In this document: piece by piece, positions 62,568 through 64,000 of the stretch
Numbering within the stretch: the first letter of the stretch is position 1
How the letters are laid out: every line of letters begins with the position of its first letter
IMG/VR virus record: IMGVR_UViG_2565956520_000001
Length of the DNA stretch: 64,000 nt
Reading direction: 5' to 3' (one strand)
DNA from: a virus
Lineage: Duplodnaviria; Caudoviricetes
Position numbers and translations under genes: made by a program
Notes under the pieces: model-generated
What the model saw: only the letters and a program-made list of their open reading frames with translations
Told to the model about the DNA's origin: nothing
The model's database searches: none

Positions 62568-64000
62568 AACCCTGTTGGCTTACTCCAGCGGGAATCTGTT
62601 TAGATCTGATCTCAGACTTACTTTCAAGAATCCTACGAGCACCTTGAATTCCGTGCTGTTTAATAAGCAACTTAACTTCATCAACCTGCTTGCGCTGTTC
62701 TGGATCTTCAGCCGGAACAAAATCAGAACCAGCTTTCAAAACCTGCTCATATATTTCAATTGCCTGCCATGCGGATTTCAGTCTGGCCTTGTCAGTTTGG
62801 GATTTAGGAACCCACTGTCCACCTTTGTAGTCATCGACTAACTTTGATGCATCGTTAAAAGCGTTATTACCCTCACTGGTAAATTCACCTGTATCTAAAT
62901 CTAGAAGAGTAGTTCCTTTCAAATGGAACGGCTTAAGCGCATCACCTAGAGCTTTTCGCATATCACCAACTTTCTCACGCGCTTGCTTATCTGGAAGCCC
63001 TTGAGTTTCCGCTAAAGTCTTCTGAGTATCAGCATCAGTTTTTCGAGTATCAGCACGACTTTTACCTGTATCAGCATAAACTTTACCAGTTTGAGCTTCG
63101 GTATGAGCAATATCCGCCCCGGTCTTGGCAAGTCCTGCACGTTTTTCGCGCAGATCAACTGAAGTGCGAACATAGCCGGGTAGCTTATCTAATGAATCAA
63201 CAATTGAAGTACTGCCGTTATCTTCATCAAGCACTACGTATTGAACGCCCTGCGAATAATCGGGACTGTTCTGCGGCACTGCGTGAACGAGATGCCCTTG
63301 CTTATTAACCAGCGGGATCCACTTTGAAGGATCTTTCATCACTTCAGCATTTCCCTGGCGAGTAGCTTCCATGTAACGGTCAGCTGCTCCAGCAAAAACA
63401 GGGTTATAAGCTTTACCGTCAAGAGCTACCTTTTCGCCGGATAAAAACTCTCTGATTGCATCCCCGGTTTGCCCTACGGTCAGCCGCCTGCCTGTGCCAG
63501 TCCAGCCGCCCTCTTTATCAGAACGAAATTCAATGCCGTATGTTTTAGAACGCTGATCAAAATCTGTAAGGCGATAGGGCATGGGAGCCATTTCAGAAGC
63601 TCTTTTCATATCGATAACTGCCCCGTCAAAGTTGCCTTCGTCTAAAGACTTAAGTGCATCCCCGCCTACCTTTCGAAAATCCTGATACTCTTTATCGATT
63701 CTACCCATACGCTTTTTACGCAGAGCTTCTTTGCCGTCTTGAAATTTAGTGGCCACATCTGCGGCATGACCAAACGCAGAAATTCCGGCCAAGGTTGTAG
63801 GAGCTTTAACGGCATCAAAGTCCCAATTATTAGTTTGCAATTCGCCAACAAGCCGCTCTGTTTCCAGCCGAACAGACTTATTGAATTGCGACTGTTCTGC
63901 CGCCTCACGTTCACGATGCATTGCATAGGCTTTACTCTGACTTCTTTGACTTACGTTCTTCGGCATTCCATTACCCGAAGCCAAAGAATTAAATGCCCGA
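62557..64000 (-). CDS. Probable internal virion / DNA ejection protein, 5'-truncated by the window edge
   Basis: The frame is open to position 64000. Heptad ADT.K repeats (VYADTGKSRADTRKTDADTQKTLAETQ). Coupled to the giant gene. Confidence 0.5.
   Translation of the reverse strand, partial: RAFNSLASGNGMPKNVSQRSQSKAYAMHREREAAEQSQFNKSVRLETERLVGELQTNNWDFDAVKAPTTLAGISAFGHAADVATKFQDGKEALRKKRMGRIDKEYQDFRKVGGDALKSLDEGNFDGAVIDMKRASEMAPMPYRLTDFDQRSKTYGIEFRSDKEGGWTGTGRRLTVGQTGDAIREFLSGEKVALDGKAYNPVFAGAADRYMEATRQGNAEVMKDPSKWIPLVNKQGHLVHAVPQNSPDYSQGVQYVVLDEDNGSTSIVDSLDKLPGYVRTSVDLREKRAGLAKTGADIAHTEAQTGKVYADTGKSRADTRKTDADTQKTLAETQGLPDKQAREKVGDMRKALGDALKPFHLKGTTLLDLDTGEFTSEGNNAFNDASKLVDDYKGGQWVPKSQTDKARLKSAWQAIEIYEQVLKAGSDFVPAEDPEQRKQVDEVKLLIKQHGIQGARRILESKSEIRSKQIPAGVSQQGYGG

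Larger units (their letters stand above)
40079..64000. mobile_element. Element 2: integrative phage-like element with a partition system, defence island and polyvalent/ejection-type proteins (right end outside the window)
   Basis: Integrase next to the att core, excisionase, ParA plus RHH, HTH regulators and a giant polyvalent gene. No capsid gene lies in the window, so podovirus-like identity is an inference. Confidence 0.75.

Noticed and set aside
1-64000. Assigning the host taxon
   Set aside because: No chromosomal marker gene lies in the window. A sulfate-reducer-like impression from gene style is not supportable without a search.

Overview
The window is almost entirely mobile DNA: two different temperate elements side by side at a duplicated 45-bp tRNA-Arg(CCG) 3'-end attachment core (367-411 and 40034-40078). 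No intact tRNA lies in the window. Element 1 (about 367-40078, unit length 39,667 bp) looks like a complete prophage. It has a lambda-like cos/GpA-terminase/portal head, a P2-like contractile tail, a lysis cassette, a P4-type primase-helicase, a Cro/CI switch, xis/int, two inverted copies of an RHH-Rha-small ORF cassette, and several AT-rich morons (a HEPN-like protein, a TPR protein, membrane proteins, and a HicA-HicB-SecB-like triad). Element 2 (40079 to beyond 64000) has its own integrase and excisionase, a ParA plus RHH partition pair, HTH regulators and a defence-like island (ABC-ATPase + TOPRIM pair, T5orf172 protein, Hailong-like channel/NTase/third-gene operon, membrane proteins). It then has a 3500-aa polyvalent protein (ParB-like, SF2 helicase, adenine methyltransferase and HExxH motifs) and a truncated probable ejection protein. 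The most unusual signals are: (i) an apparently real 143-aa gene with its own Shine-Dalgarno, overprinted in the +1 frame inside the 3500-aa gene, plus a weaker second candidate; (ii) five arrays of an 8-bp-period repeat embedded in element 2 coding sequences, which are candidate centromeres; (iii) element 2-type integrase arm repeats on both outer flanks of prophage 1, as if it had integrated into another element's attP; (iv) a Hailong-like operon with a coupled third gene; (v) a HicAB toxin-antitoxin-chaperone triad. The left edge holds the left end of an IS3-family element. All calls come from reading motifs by eye; no database searches were run.
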